Below, in pieces: positions 19,459 through 27,642 of a DNA stretch of 64,000 nucleotides (position 1 is its first letter; every line of letters starts with the position of its first letter). The position numbers and the translations under genes are program-made. This stretch comes from an uncultured Acidobacteriota bacterium (GTDB lineage Bacteria; Acidobacteriota; Terriglobia; UBA7540). The DNA is taken from assembly GCA_963783155.1 (NCBI GenBank), contig CAWANC010000018.1:237209-301208 (forward strand). The letters run 5' to 3'. The notes below the pieces were generated by a model. It was not told the DNA's origin, made no database searches, and was given only the letters and a program-made list of their open reading frames with translations.

Positions 19459-20761
19459 CTTTTCCCTCCGATGGAACCAAAACCGAGATTTCAGTGCCTT
19501 TGCCTGGACTGGATTTAATTATACATTCCCCACGCAAGGGGATCAGCCGTTCTCTGATCCCGATCAGGCCCAGGCCGGACCTTCCTTTTTGTCCCAAGAC
19601 GGATTGGATATCAAAGCCGGCGCCATCATCAGTGACGGTCAAATGGATCTTGCTCTCTTCTTTTTGGAGCCAAACCGTAACATGACTGGCCCTGGCGTGT
19701 TTCGTGATATTGTTCAGGGCTTCCTGAACGATGCGGTAGAGCGCGACCTCCACCTGGGGCGGAAGCCGCCCGCTGGTGTCTCCCTCGACCGCAATAGGAA
19801 TTCCGAATCGCTTTGAAATGCCCTGGGTCAGGAACTCGACGGCGGGGAGCAATCCGAGATCGTCCAGGATGGTAGGGCGTAGCTCATGGGAAAGCCGCCT
19901 TAATTCGGTTTCAATCCGCTCGATCAGATCCTTGATTTCACCGATAGTCTGTTGGCTGGATTGCGGCAGGGTCTTCACCATTCCATCAATGGCAATGTGG
20001 ACCGAGACCAGGAGCTGGCTTGCCTCATCATGGAGCTCATGGGCAATGTGCTTGGCGCGTTCTTCCAGGGCTTCATTCAACCTGTGAAGGGCCTGCTCAG
20101 CCCGCTTGCGCTCAGAGACGTCGCGGGCAATCCCCTGGATGCCGATGACTTCCCCCCCGTTCATAATGGGACGGGCGCTGACCTCAACGGTCAGCGAGTG
20201 CCCGTCTTTGGTCAGAATCTCAAGTTCATGTGTCAGTGGATCGCCGCCGGCCTTCAGAAGGCTGAATATCCGGGCCGCGTCCTCGATATGATCCATGGGC
20301 AGGAGATTGACCGGGCTGGGAGGAGGCTCGTTACGCCGATATCCGGTGAGCTTTTCGCCGGCCCTGTTGATGGAGGTCAGCCTGCCTTCGGCGTCCACCG
20401 TGAAAACGATATCATTCGCGTTTTCAAACAGTTCCCGGTAGCGTTCTTCACTGGCCTGTAACGCAGCGTTGGTTTCACGGTAGCCACTGATCGTCATTTC
20501 GTAGGGGGCCAGGGTTTCGATCAGGAATTTTGCGGAAACTTTCAGCACTTCGGAGAAATTTCCCGCGTCGGCCATTTGCGAGAGGGCACGGTTGAGTGCG
20601 TCGAAATGGAGGGTAACCATCTCGATCAGGCTGATTTCCAGTCGCAGAGCGCGCCGGCCCAATTCATAGGCTTCTTCCAGCAACGCTTCGTCTGTATTTT
20701 CCAGGTAGCCCCGCAGTGCCGACTCGTACTGGTCCATGAGTTCGCGCTGGCTGGCTTTCAT
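19430..20761 (-). CDS. Sensor histidine kinase: RsbU_N-like N-terminal domain + PAS + HisKA_3 + HATPase
   Basis: The N-terminus YESALRGYLENTDEALLEEAYELGRRALRLEISLIEMVTLHFDAL resembles the RsbU N-terminal domain. PAS is present (ERYRELFENANDIVFTVDAEGRLTSINRAGEKLTGY). The H-box is HIAHELHDEASQLL (NarX/DegS type). The ATPase G-boxes are DDGAGF and GLGLIGIRER. Confidence 0.9.
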   Translation of the reverse strand: MKASQRELMDQYESALRGYLENTDEALLEEAYELGRRALRLEISLIEMVTLHFDALNRALSQMADAGNFSEVLKVSAKFLIETLAPYEMTISGYRETNAALQASEERYRELFENANDIVFTVDAEGRLTSINRAGEKLTGYRRNEPPPSPVNLLPMDHIEDAARIFSLLKAGGDPLTHELEILTKDGHSLTVEVSARPIMNGGEVIGIQGIARDVSERKRAEQALHRLNEALEERAKHIAHELHDEASQLLVSVHIAIDGMVKTLPQSSQQTIGEIKDLIERIETELRRLSHELRPTILDDLGLLPAVEFLTQGISKRFGIPIAVEGDTSGRLPPQVEVALYRIVQEALNNITKHARASHVTVWLQKEESKIHLTVTDDGAGFDIQSVLGQKGRSGLGLIGIRERLIPLRGECIIKSSPGKGTEISVLVPSEGKDAYTYPSGR

Positions 20762-21375
20762 TGCTGCCTCCCCTGAAAGGTGGCGACAAGCACCAGCGCG
20801 TCATCGGTTGCCAGCCCATCACGGTCGAGAATGTCCTGTGCGGTCTCCTGCGGCCCTTTGAGGAGGACCATGCTGTCCTCAAATCCACGCTGGATACCGT
20901 CGGTTGCCAGTACCAGGGTGTCTCCGCGGGCAATCTCCAGGGCGGCCGCGCGCAACGGAGGCAGTTGCCCCCCTACGACTCCGCAGGATAACAGCAGAGA
21001 CTCTCTGGCAGGTTTCCCGTCCGGAGCCGAACGCACCAGCACGCCTTCAACGTTGCCTACGCCCAGCCATTCCATGGAGTTGTTGAGAGCATTCAGAACG
21101 GCCAGGCTCATCACCACCCCGCGTGTCCCATGCAATTTCCTGTTACAATTCTCCATGATTTCGACCAGAGGTTTGTGAGAATATTCTTCCACGGCATTCA
21201 GGGCGAGCCTTGCGGCTTCCGCGGCCGCTTCGCCATGGCCCAGCCCGTCGGCGACGGCCAGCAGTACCCCGGTTTCCAGCGTTTTGACCAGGTGAAGGTC
21301 ACCGGACAGCGTTTCACCCGGCTTTTGCCGTTCCGCCAGTCCCCATTCGACGAGATTCGAATTCATTCCTTCCAT
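20758..21375 (-). CDS. rsbX: PP2C/SpoIIE-type phosphatase, RsbX-like
   Basis: About 200 aa with GDLHLV....GVLLAVADGLGHG.AAAEAA and LVLATDG, the signature of small RsbX-type feedback phosphatases. It sits immediately after rsbT. Confidence 0.75.
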   Translation of the reverse strand: MEGMNSNLVEWGLAERQKPGETLSGDLHLVKTLETGVLLAVADGLGHGEAAAEAARLALNAVEEYSHKPLVEIMENCNRKLHGTRGVVMSLAVLNALNNSMEWLGVGNVEGVLVRSAPDGKPARESLLLSCGVVGGQLPPLRAAALEIARGDTLVLATDGIQRGFEDSMVLLKGPQETAQDILDRDGLATDDALVLVATFQGRQQ

Positions 21376-21773
21376 TTGATTGTGGTCACCGTTGTCCCGC
21401 GGCCTTTGTGGGAAACGATGGCAAACTCATCCATCATCCGCCGCACGCCCGGCAGGCCCAGGCCCAGGCCGCCGGAAGTAGAATAACCGTCCCTCAGCAC
21501 GGCCTCGACGTCTGGAATGCCGGGCCCTTCATCCGTGGCCTGAATCACGATGCCCTTTTTCGGTTCCCTCTCAATCGCCCAGCAGACGATGCATCCGTTT
21601 TTCGCATAAAGCAGCAGGTTGCGCGCCAGTTCCGAGATGGATGTTGCGATCACCGCCAGTTCCGAGGAGCCAAAGCCCAAACGACCCGCCAGTACCCGCC
21701 CTTCCTGCCGGGCCGCGAGAATGTCTTCATCCGACTTGATCAATACTCGAACTTCATTTTCCGTACTGGCCAT
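21363..21773 (-). CDS. rsbT: Anti-sigma-type serine kinase, RsbT-like (HATPase_c)
   Basis: 136 aa with SELARNLLLYA, ATDEGPGI and GLGLGLPGVRRMMDEF, as in RsbT/RsbW-type kinases. Confidence 0.8.
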   Translation of the reverse strand: MASTENEVRVLIKSDEDILAARQEGRVLAGRLGFGSSELAVIATSISELARNLLLYAKNGCIVCWAIEREPKKGIVIQATDEGPGIPDVEAVLRDGYSTSGGLGLGLPGVRRMMDEFAIVSHKGRGTTVTTIKWKE

Positions 21774-22134
21774 GGTGGATCCGTTTTGTTCTTCGCTTCA
21801 TATACTCGATACCTTCTTCCAGGTCGAGCGCCGTTGCCACGCCTTCCAGCTTGAGTCCCAATTGAACCATTGAAAAAGCGACTTCGGGCTGGATGCCGAC
21901 GATTACCGTCTGCGCCCCTCTCAATCTGATCATGCTGGCGATGTCACTCAAAGTCCGGCAGGCGAAGGAGTCGAGGACGTCCAGGGCTGTGACATCGACA
22001 ATAACTCCGCGGGACCGATAGGTCCCGACCTGTTCCGTCAAGGCATCCCGAAAGCCGATCAGGTCAGCGTCCCGCAAGGCCGCCTGCACGGAAGCGATCA
22101 GATAGGGTCCCTGCTTGAGTATTGGAACCTGCAT
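21754..22134 (-). CDS. rsbS: STAS-domain protein, RsbS-like
   Basis: 126-aa single STAS domain (VPILKQGPYLIASVQ...VIVDVTALDVLDSF...GAQTVIVGIQPEVAFSMVQLG), placed between rsbR-like and rsbT-like genes. Confidence 0.8.
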   Translation of the reverse strand: MQVPILKQGPYLIASVQAALRDADLIGFRDALTEQVGTYRSRGVIVDVTALDVLDSFACRTLSDIASMIRLRGAQTVIVGIQPEVAFSMVQLGLKLEGVATALDLEEGIEYMKRRTKRIHHGQYGK

Positions 22135-22137
22135 GCT

Positions 22138-23040
22138 TTACCAGCCTTTCTCCTCATCCGAAGGTTCGTCGATCCGGGTCACTTTAAAACCCAGCGCCCG
22201 CTCGGCCTCTTCGATTCCACCACGCAGGTCGCAAACAGTGTTCATCTTGGTCAGGTCGATGCCAAGCGTTACCAATGTCTGAGCAAGTTCAGGGGACAAC
22301 CCTGTCACAATGGCTGTTGCTCCCAGCAGACGGGCGGCCTCCACCGTCAGAACCAGGTGGTTGGCGACGGTTGAGTTGATGGAAGGGACGCCCGTAACGT
22401 CAATCACCACCACCTTGGCGCGGTTGGCGCGGATGCCCTGCAGGAGTTGCCCGGTCAACTGGCGAGCGCGCTGGGAATCGATGACACCGACGATCGGCAG
22501 GATGAGAAGTCCTTCGCGGACGGGGAGAACCGGGGTGGAGAGTTCCCGGATGGCATCCTGCTGCGCGCGGATGATTCTCTCGCGTTCGTGAACAAAGCCC
22601 ACCGCCACCGTCACCGTGATCCGGCGGGCGGCAGGCTCAAAGGCTTCCAGCATGCGACTGAGCAGCTCAAAGCTCGATTGGAATTGCTTAAAGAGCGACC
22701 GCAGCAGCACGTCGCGCAGGAGGAGAACCATGCCGACGACTTCATGAGTTTCCACGCCGCGAGGGATGATCCGTTCAGAGAGATCGCGTGCGTAGGCCTG
22801 CAAGGCCTCGACGGCCCCGGTTTCGAGGACGTCGACATAGTTATCATAGATGGAAGTCGTTTCAGTAAGAATCTCCTCATCGCTGATGGCCGTTAATAAC
22901 CGGGCTTCAGAAATGCGCTGCGCCCATTCCTCTTGAAGCAGAGCCCTGTTCTTGCGCAGATGAGCGACCAGTTTAGAAAAGACATCAGCGGATCCGCGCT
23001 GGGATCGAGGACGTTTGGTTTTCTTTCTGACAGCAGCCAT
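22138..23040 (-). CDS. rsbR: RsbR-like stressosome sensor (N-terminal helical/globin-like domain + C-terminal STAS)
   Basis: ATG 23040 is preceded by GGAGG plus 10 nt. The C-terminal STAS reads ELSTPVLPVREGLLILPIVGVIDSQRA...VVVIDVTGVPSINSTVANHL...GATAIVTGLSPELAQTLV. The track start at 23154 adds non-protein-like residues. Confidence 0.8.
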   Translation of the reverse strand: MAAVRKKTKRPRSQRGSADVFSKLVAHLRKNRALLQEEWAQRISEARLLTAISDEEILTETTSIYDNYVDVLETGAVEALQAYARDLSERIIPRGVETHEVVGMVLLLRDVLLRSLFKQFQSSFELLSRMLEAFEPAARRITVTVAVGFVHERERIIRAQQDAIRELSTPVLPVREGLLILPIVGVIDSQRARQLTGQLLQGIRANRAKVVVIDVTGVPSINSTVANHLVLTVEAARLLGATAIVTGLSPELAQTLVTLGIDLTKMNTVCDLRGGIEEAERALGFKVTRIDEPSDEEKGW

Positions 23041-23656
23041 GGAAAAACTTCCTCCTTCGTGCTGGTTAAATCTTATCCTGCCCTCAGATTTACGTGGTAG
23101 CTGTAAATGCCAAATATTGAACGACAGGTTTTGGCGGATAGCCCGGAAAAACACATATGGTTATCAATGGGCATTCGGTTAATTTGCATCCGAAAGTTGA
23201 TCCGGAAGGCGTTGCGCTTGTCAACATCGCTGCGAAACCTGGGTGCCATGCAAGGAAGTTATCATGCACCCCGGGCGTTAATTCATCTTCTAGAGTTTTG
23301 CCCTATATCGGGCAAAGTGTCAAACCCTTTTGAATTATAGCGGCATGCGGGCGCTTGCGCTGGCGATTTGAACGCCTGCATCGGACCTGGAACGGGACAC
23401 GGGCTCCGGGAAAAAGGCCTCGGCTCTCCGCCCTGCCCCGGATCCCTGTCTGGGTGCATAGACTTGCCATGTTGCCGGTTGCCATCTGCAAAACATTTCC
23501 GCCAACGGAAGAAGTTTGCGTGCAGTCCGCCCGTTGGAATGGATGCCAGCGACGCTGCAGTCCCCTCCGCCCGGCAGGCGCAAACCACACAATCCTCGAA
23601 TGTTACAGGACGATTACGAATTCCGTGCTGGACAGAGTTTCGAGCCGCTGACCTTT

Positions 23657-23672
23657 TGGCAGGTGATGTGCT
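23657..23672 (+). promoter_or_regulatory. Candidate sigma-54 (-24/-12) promoter upstream of regulator paralog 1
   Basis: TGGCAGgtgatgTGCT has GG and GC in the canonical spacing (consensus TGGCAC-N5-TTGC). It lies 34-55 nt upstream of the possible starts (GTG 23706 / ATG 23727). It is nearly identical to the motif at 25636. Confidence 0.45.
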
Positions 23673-23705
23673 CTCGAACGGACTGGTAGACACTCAGCAG
23701 AGGTA

Positions 23706-24755
23706 GTGCACGTGGCCAGAGAAAACATGGCTGTCACAACCCATTATGGGCTTCTCCCTCCGGAAGAAGCAATCCTTGGCGCTTCAAGGGCCATGAATGA
23801 AGTAAGGGACAAACTCGAGAAGATCGCTTATACCGATGTTCCTGTCCTCATCCGGGGAGAAGCTGGTAGTGGAAAAGAGGTTCTGGCCAGGCTTATTCAC
23901 AAAAGGTGCCCTGGGGAAGCCACTGCTTTTCACAAGGTAAGCCCTGCAGGACGAGCCGGATGGCACCAGAGCGCCAGCTTCATGCCTCCGTGCCAGGAAG
24001 TTGAAGGTACCGGTGGAAATGGCCATCAGGTTCACGGAGTTCCGTCAAGCCCGGGTTCCATTGGGACGCTTTTTTTTAATGAAGTGGCTGAACTGAATTT
24101 TGCTTCTCAGCGTACCCTGGCGCAGTTGCTGGGCGATGACAATCCACCCGGTCTCAATACATCCGAATATGCTCCTCCGCTTTTTCGCGTTATCTGCAGC
24201 ACCCGGCATGATCTTGAACGGGCTATGAGCCTTGGAAATTTTCGTGAGGACCTCTTCTACTCTATCAACATTGCCACCCTGCACCTGCCGCCCTTGCGGG
24301 CTCGACGCGAGGATATTCCGGGGTTGGCGGGGTACTTCTGGGAAAGCTATCGTGACGAGCTTGGTTCAATGACTCCAGCGCCTTCCAGCAGCCTGCTGGA
24401 TGCCTTTCAAGAGTACGACTGGCCTGGGAACATCCGTGAACTTGCCGGCGCGATGAAACGTTATGTGCTTCTGGGTTCCGGGGGCAGGATCATGGATGAG
24501 CTGGCCGCGAAAGCAGCCCCGGCGCGAGCACACAGAGCTTCCGGCGTGAGAGGCATTTCATTGAAGACGCTGGCGAAGCAGGAAGTGCGGGAAGTTGAAC
24601 GCAAAATCATATTCAGAACTCTGCGTGAGACACAATGGAACCGGAAACGGGCGGCCCGTGTGTTGAACATCAGTTACCGAACTCTGCTTTACAAGATCAA
24701 GGAGGCCGGTGTACCACCGAAAAGAATCAACGTGAAGCGGGAGAAATTAAATTGA
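23706..24755 (+). CDS. Sigma-54-activator-like AAA+ / Fis-HTH regulator lacking receiver domain and lacking GAFTGA (paralog 1)
   Basis: Walker A is GEAGSGKEVLARLIH. The Walker B region is GTLFFNEVAEL (N instead of D). Also present: REDLFYSI...LHLPPLRARREDI, WPGNIREL, and C-terminal HTH ERKIIFRTLRETQWNRKRAARVLNISYRTLLYKIKEAG. The GAFTGA position reads ...QEVEGTGGNG.... Confidence 0.8.
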   Translation: MHVARENMAVTTHYGLLPPEEAILGASRAMNEVRDKLEKIAYTDVPVLIRGEAGSGKEVLARLIHKRCPGEATAFHKVSPAGRAGWHQSASFMPPCQEVEGTGGNGHQVHGVPSSPGSIGTLFFNEVAELNFASQRTLAQLLGDDNPPGLNTSEYAPPLFRVICSTRHDLERAMSLGNFREDLFYSINIATLHLPPLRARREDIPGLAGYFWESYRDELGSMTPAPSSSLLDAFQEYDWPGNIRELAGAMKRYVLLGSGGRIMDELAAKAAPARAHRASGVRGISLKTLAKQEVREVERKIIFRTLRETQWNRKRAARVLNISYRTLLYKIKEAGVPPKRINVKREKLN

Positions 24756-25635
24756 AAAACCTCACTGAACCAAAATATGGCACAGGGGCCACGGAGCAAC
24801 TGGAGGCGAGAGAATTGAAAAGGCGTGCGGCGGAAGATGCCGTCAGAGACGCTGATTCTTATGCCTTTAGTGCGCGGCCGCAGCGCAAGAAGGATTCTGT
24901 TGTCCAAGGCCTCGACTCGATTTCGTACCTGCTGAAGGCAAAGCAGCCACAAGTGTCTGTAGGTTCGCAGGAGGGTATTGACGGCCTCCTGATCCACGCA
25001 AATGATAGCCAGGCCAACCTGGTTGTTTCAGACGAAATGCTGGAGATTTCCCTGGCGGACGAGGTCGCAGCTCTTGAGGTTGATCCCATCACAATCTTCC
25101 ACGTCCAGAGCCCGGTGCCCTGGGTAGAACATATTCGTGTCGGTAAAGCATGAGATCCCCGGAGGGCCAGCAGAATCATCGGTGTGTGCAGGTGCCGATT
25201 TTCTGCGGATCCTTGATTTGCCTGAGTACGCCCCGTCCAATTTCCTGACAAAGTGCTCCAATTCCGGCCACCGCCTGGGGGGCCGGCGCTTCCAGACTGA
25301 GCGCGAATATCGGTTGAGCAAAAACGTTGCACGTATCTGCAAGCTCTTTCGCCCGCCTGTGCCTTAAGCGTTCTTCTCCAATATAGGACAGACCATTAAG
25401 CGCCATGCAGTTACAGCCACCTGGAATGCAGAGAGCAAGCGAAACGGGGTGCAAGGTAGTTCTCAAGCATGAATGAGTTTGCATGATGTGAAGCCGGTTG
25501 GACAACCGGGCTTTTCAGGCTGCAGCAAATTTCATCACATGCATCAATATCTAACTTGTTGAAAAACATAGTGATAGAAGCAGGCAATGCCATTAAAAAG
25601 CCCAATCATCTGGTTTGCGGAAGCGCCTCGTAGTT

Positions 25636-25651
25636 TGGCACGTGGTGTGCG
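25636..25651 (+). promoter_or_regulatory. Candidate sigma-54 (-24/-12) promoter upstream of regulator paralog 2
   Basis: TGGCACGtggtgTGCG matches TGGCACG-N4-TTGC except for one base of the -12 element. It lies 140-185 nt upstream of the possible starts 25792 / 25834. Confidence 0.5.
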
Positions 25652-25791
25652 AGTAGGTAAGTGAACACTTTTTACCGGATTGCCTGGCAAAGAGGGGTTT
25701 GACCTTTTGTCCGGCAAGATTTCCGATGACAGTCAGGTTTCTTCAGGAAGTTCCTGGTATGAATTTCCGAGAGTAAATCGGAAGGATCCTT

Positions 25792-26919
25792 ATGGTTGCG
25801 CGATCTGGAACCAGGGAAAGAGGAAAAAGAGGAATGGAAGCAATTTTAAGTACATTTGATGGTCGGCTGAGTTCCTGCCAGACCCTTCCCCCTGAGGGAA
25901 CAATTTGGGGTCAGACCGAAGGCCTGACAGGATTGTGGCAGATTGCTGAAAAAGTTGCTGGCACCAGCGCTCCAATCCTGATCGTGGGAGAAAAGGGGAC
26001 CGGGAAGGAGACGCTCGCGCGGTTTATCCACTCCTGCAATCCCGGTTCAGAGGCCCCCTTCCTGAAATTAACACCTCAGTTCCTGAATGGCCGTGCCAGG
26101 GACGAAGTAGATTTTCTCCTGGAATCCCAGGGGACCGGCGGGCAGGACGATTTCTTCGGCAACGGGGATTCGGAGCGGCGGATGTGCACCCTTTTTGTTG
26201 AAGAAGTTTCAGAGGCCATGCCGGGATGCCAGTTGGAGCTGTTGCAGTGGGTTCAAGGTTCCCCGTCCTTTGCTTCAAGTAACGGGAGTGAGAATCCTGT
26301 TGCGCTTCGGGTTATCGGGACAAGCTCCCGGGACCTGGAACAGGCGGTGGTTGCCGGGAACTTCCGGCCAGACCTCTTTTCTGCTCTCAGTGTTGTAACG
26401 TTGCGCCTTCCTCCCCTGCGGGAGCGCAAAGGGGACGTTCCGCTGCTTGCCAACTATTTTTGGCGGGTCTACAGCGAGCGATTTGGTTGTCAACCGGCGC
26501 AGCCCAGCGCGGAGCTGATGGATCGTTTTCAACAGTATGACTGGCCGGGGAATATTCGCGAGCTGGAAAACGTGATGAAGCGTTATGTGCTTCTGGGGAT
26601 CGAGGGAATCAAGGGAATCAAGGGAGTCAGGCCCGCAGAGGAAGGCAGGCGGTCCGTTGCCCCTGTAGATTCCCATCTGCATTCCGTCTCGTTGAAGCAG
26701 GTGACTCGCGAAGCGGCGCAGGCGCTGGAGCGCAAGATCATTTTCAGGACCTTGCAGGAGACCCGGTGGAATCGCAGGCAGGCGGCTCGGTTGCTGAACA
26801 TCAGTTATCGCGCGCTTCTTTACAAGATCAAGGCGGCCGGGTTGGTATCTGAGCGGCCCAGGGCCGATGTCGAGGCGCAGGACAGAGAACGCCTGGAGTC
26901 AAATCGCAGCGCTGCGTGA
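25792..26919 (+). CDS. Sigma-54-activator-like AAA+ / Fis-HTH regulator lacking receiver domain and lacking GAFTGA (paralog 2)
   Basis: Motifs: GEKGTGKETLARFIH; CTLFVEEVSEA (E instead of D in Walker B); RPDLFSAL...LRLPPLRERKGDV; WPGNIRELENVMKRYVLLG; HTH ERKIIFRTLQETRWNRRQAARLLNISYRALLYKIKAAG. The GAFTGA position reads ...LESQGTGGQD.... The real start may be ATG 25834. Confidence 0.8.
   Translation: MVARSGTRERGKRGMEAILSTFDGRLSSCQTLPPEGTIWGQTEGLTGLWQIAEKVAGTSAPILIVGEKGTGKETLARFIHSCNPGSEAPFLKLTPQFLNGRARDEVDFLLESQGTGGQDDFFGNGDSERRMCTLFVEEVSEAMPGCQLELLQWVQGSPSFASSNGSENPVALRVIGTSSRDLEQAVVAGNFRPDLFSALSVVTLRLPPLRERKGDVPLLANYFWRVYSERFGCQPAQPSAELMDRFQQYDWPGNIRELENVMKRYVLLGIEGIKGIKGVRPAEEGRRSVAPVDSHLHSVSLKQVTREAAQALERKIIFRTLQETRWNRRQAARLLNISYRALLYKIKAAGLVSERPRADVEAQDRERLESNRSAA
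26595..26630 (+). repeat. Four imperfect 9-bp in-frame tandem repeats (GIEGIKGIKGVR) inside regulator paralog 2
   Basis: ggggatcga gggaatcaa gggaatcaa gggagtcag read directly. It lies in the linker between the AAA+ and HTH parts. Confidence 0.8.
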
Positions 26920-26934
26920 CCAAGGGATCAGGAT

Positions 26935-27573
26935 ATGTCTTTTCTCAATATGCCGTTTGAAAAAAGTGAGGGCGCGCCGGTGGACACGTTCTGGTACGCC
27001 GTGCACACGCGTCACCAGCACGAGAAGCTGGTTGCCCGGACGCTCGTCAACAAGGGGTTTGAAATTTTCCTTCCTCTCTACACAGAAGTCCGGCAGTGGC
27101 GTGACCGGACGAAGAGGCTGGAGTTGCCTCTGTTTTCCTGCTACGTCTTCCTGCGCGGCGATCTGGATCGCCGGCTTCCTATCATCACCACGCCCGGCGT
27201 TCACGGAATGGTGGCTACGGGTGGGAGACTGTCGGGAATACCGGAGGAAGAAATTCAGGCGGTCCGGAATGTGCTTGAGAACCGCGTCAATGTGGAGCCG
27301 CACCCGTTTCTCAATTGCGGCGACCTTGTCCGCGTAAAGACGGGTGCACTCAGGGGCCTGGAAGGGTTTCTGGTGCGGAAAAAAGGGCTGACTCGGCTGG
27401 TTATTTCAGTGTCGTTGCTGGAGAGGTCCGTGGCAGCAGAGGTGGATGCAGGCACCGTTGAGCGGGTCGCCGGTTCTCAGGCCAGGACAGCGCCCTCGGA
27501 TGCTCCGGCGGCGATGGCCAGGGGCTGGGGTTTTGGAAATACGTTATTGCAGCCGGCGCATACAGCGTCGTAA
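26935..27573 (+). CDS. NusG-paralog transcription antiterminator, UpxY/RfaH-like (NGN + KOW)
   Basis: The NGN domain reads WYAVHTRHQHEKLVARTLVNKGFEIFLPLY...RTKRLELPLFSCYVFLRG. The KOW motif reads GDLVRVKTGALRGLEGFLVRKKG. It is the first gene of the polysaccharide locus. Confidence 0.8.
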   Translation: MSFLNMPFEKSEGAPVDTFWYAVHTRHQHEKLVARTLVNKGFEIFLPLYTEVRQWRDRTKRLELPLFSCYVFLRGDLDRRLPIITTPGVHGMVATGGRLSGIPEEEIQAVRNVLENRVNVEPHPFLNCGDLVRVKTGALRGLEGFLVRKKGLTRLVISVSLLERSVAAEVDAGTVERVAGSQARTAPSDAPAAMARGWGFGNTLLQPAHTAS

Positions 27574-27642
27574 TAGATTGCACGAGGCAAGACAATGATT
27601 TCGGTTTCTGTGGAGCTTTCGATGGATGAAAGGAGGCGGAAG

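Noticed and set aside
23233-23248. Sigma-54-like element on the minus strand upstream of rsbR (TGGCAC-ccagg-TTTC)
   Set aside because: The -24 box is perfect, but the invariant GC of the -12 box is TC. This is not enough to call.
24754-25505. Two convergent ORFs (plus 24754..25153, minus 25176..25505) as real genes
   Set aside because: They have no recognisable motifs, weak start contexts, and several equally long overlapping ORFs in other frames. They are kept only as candidates in the spacer finding, not as features.
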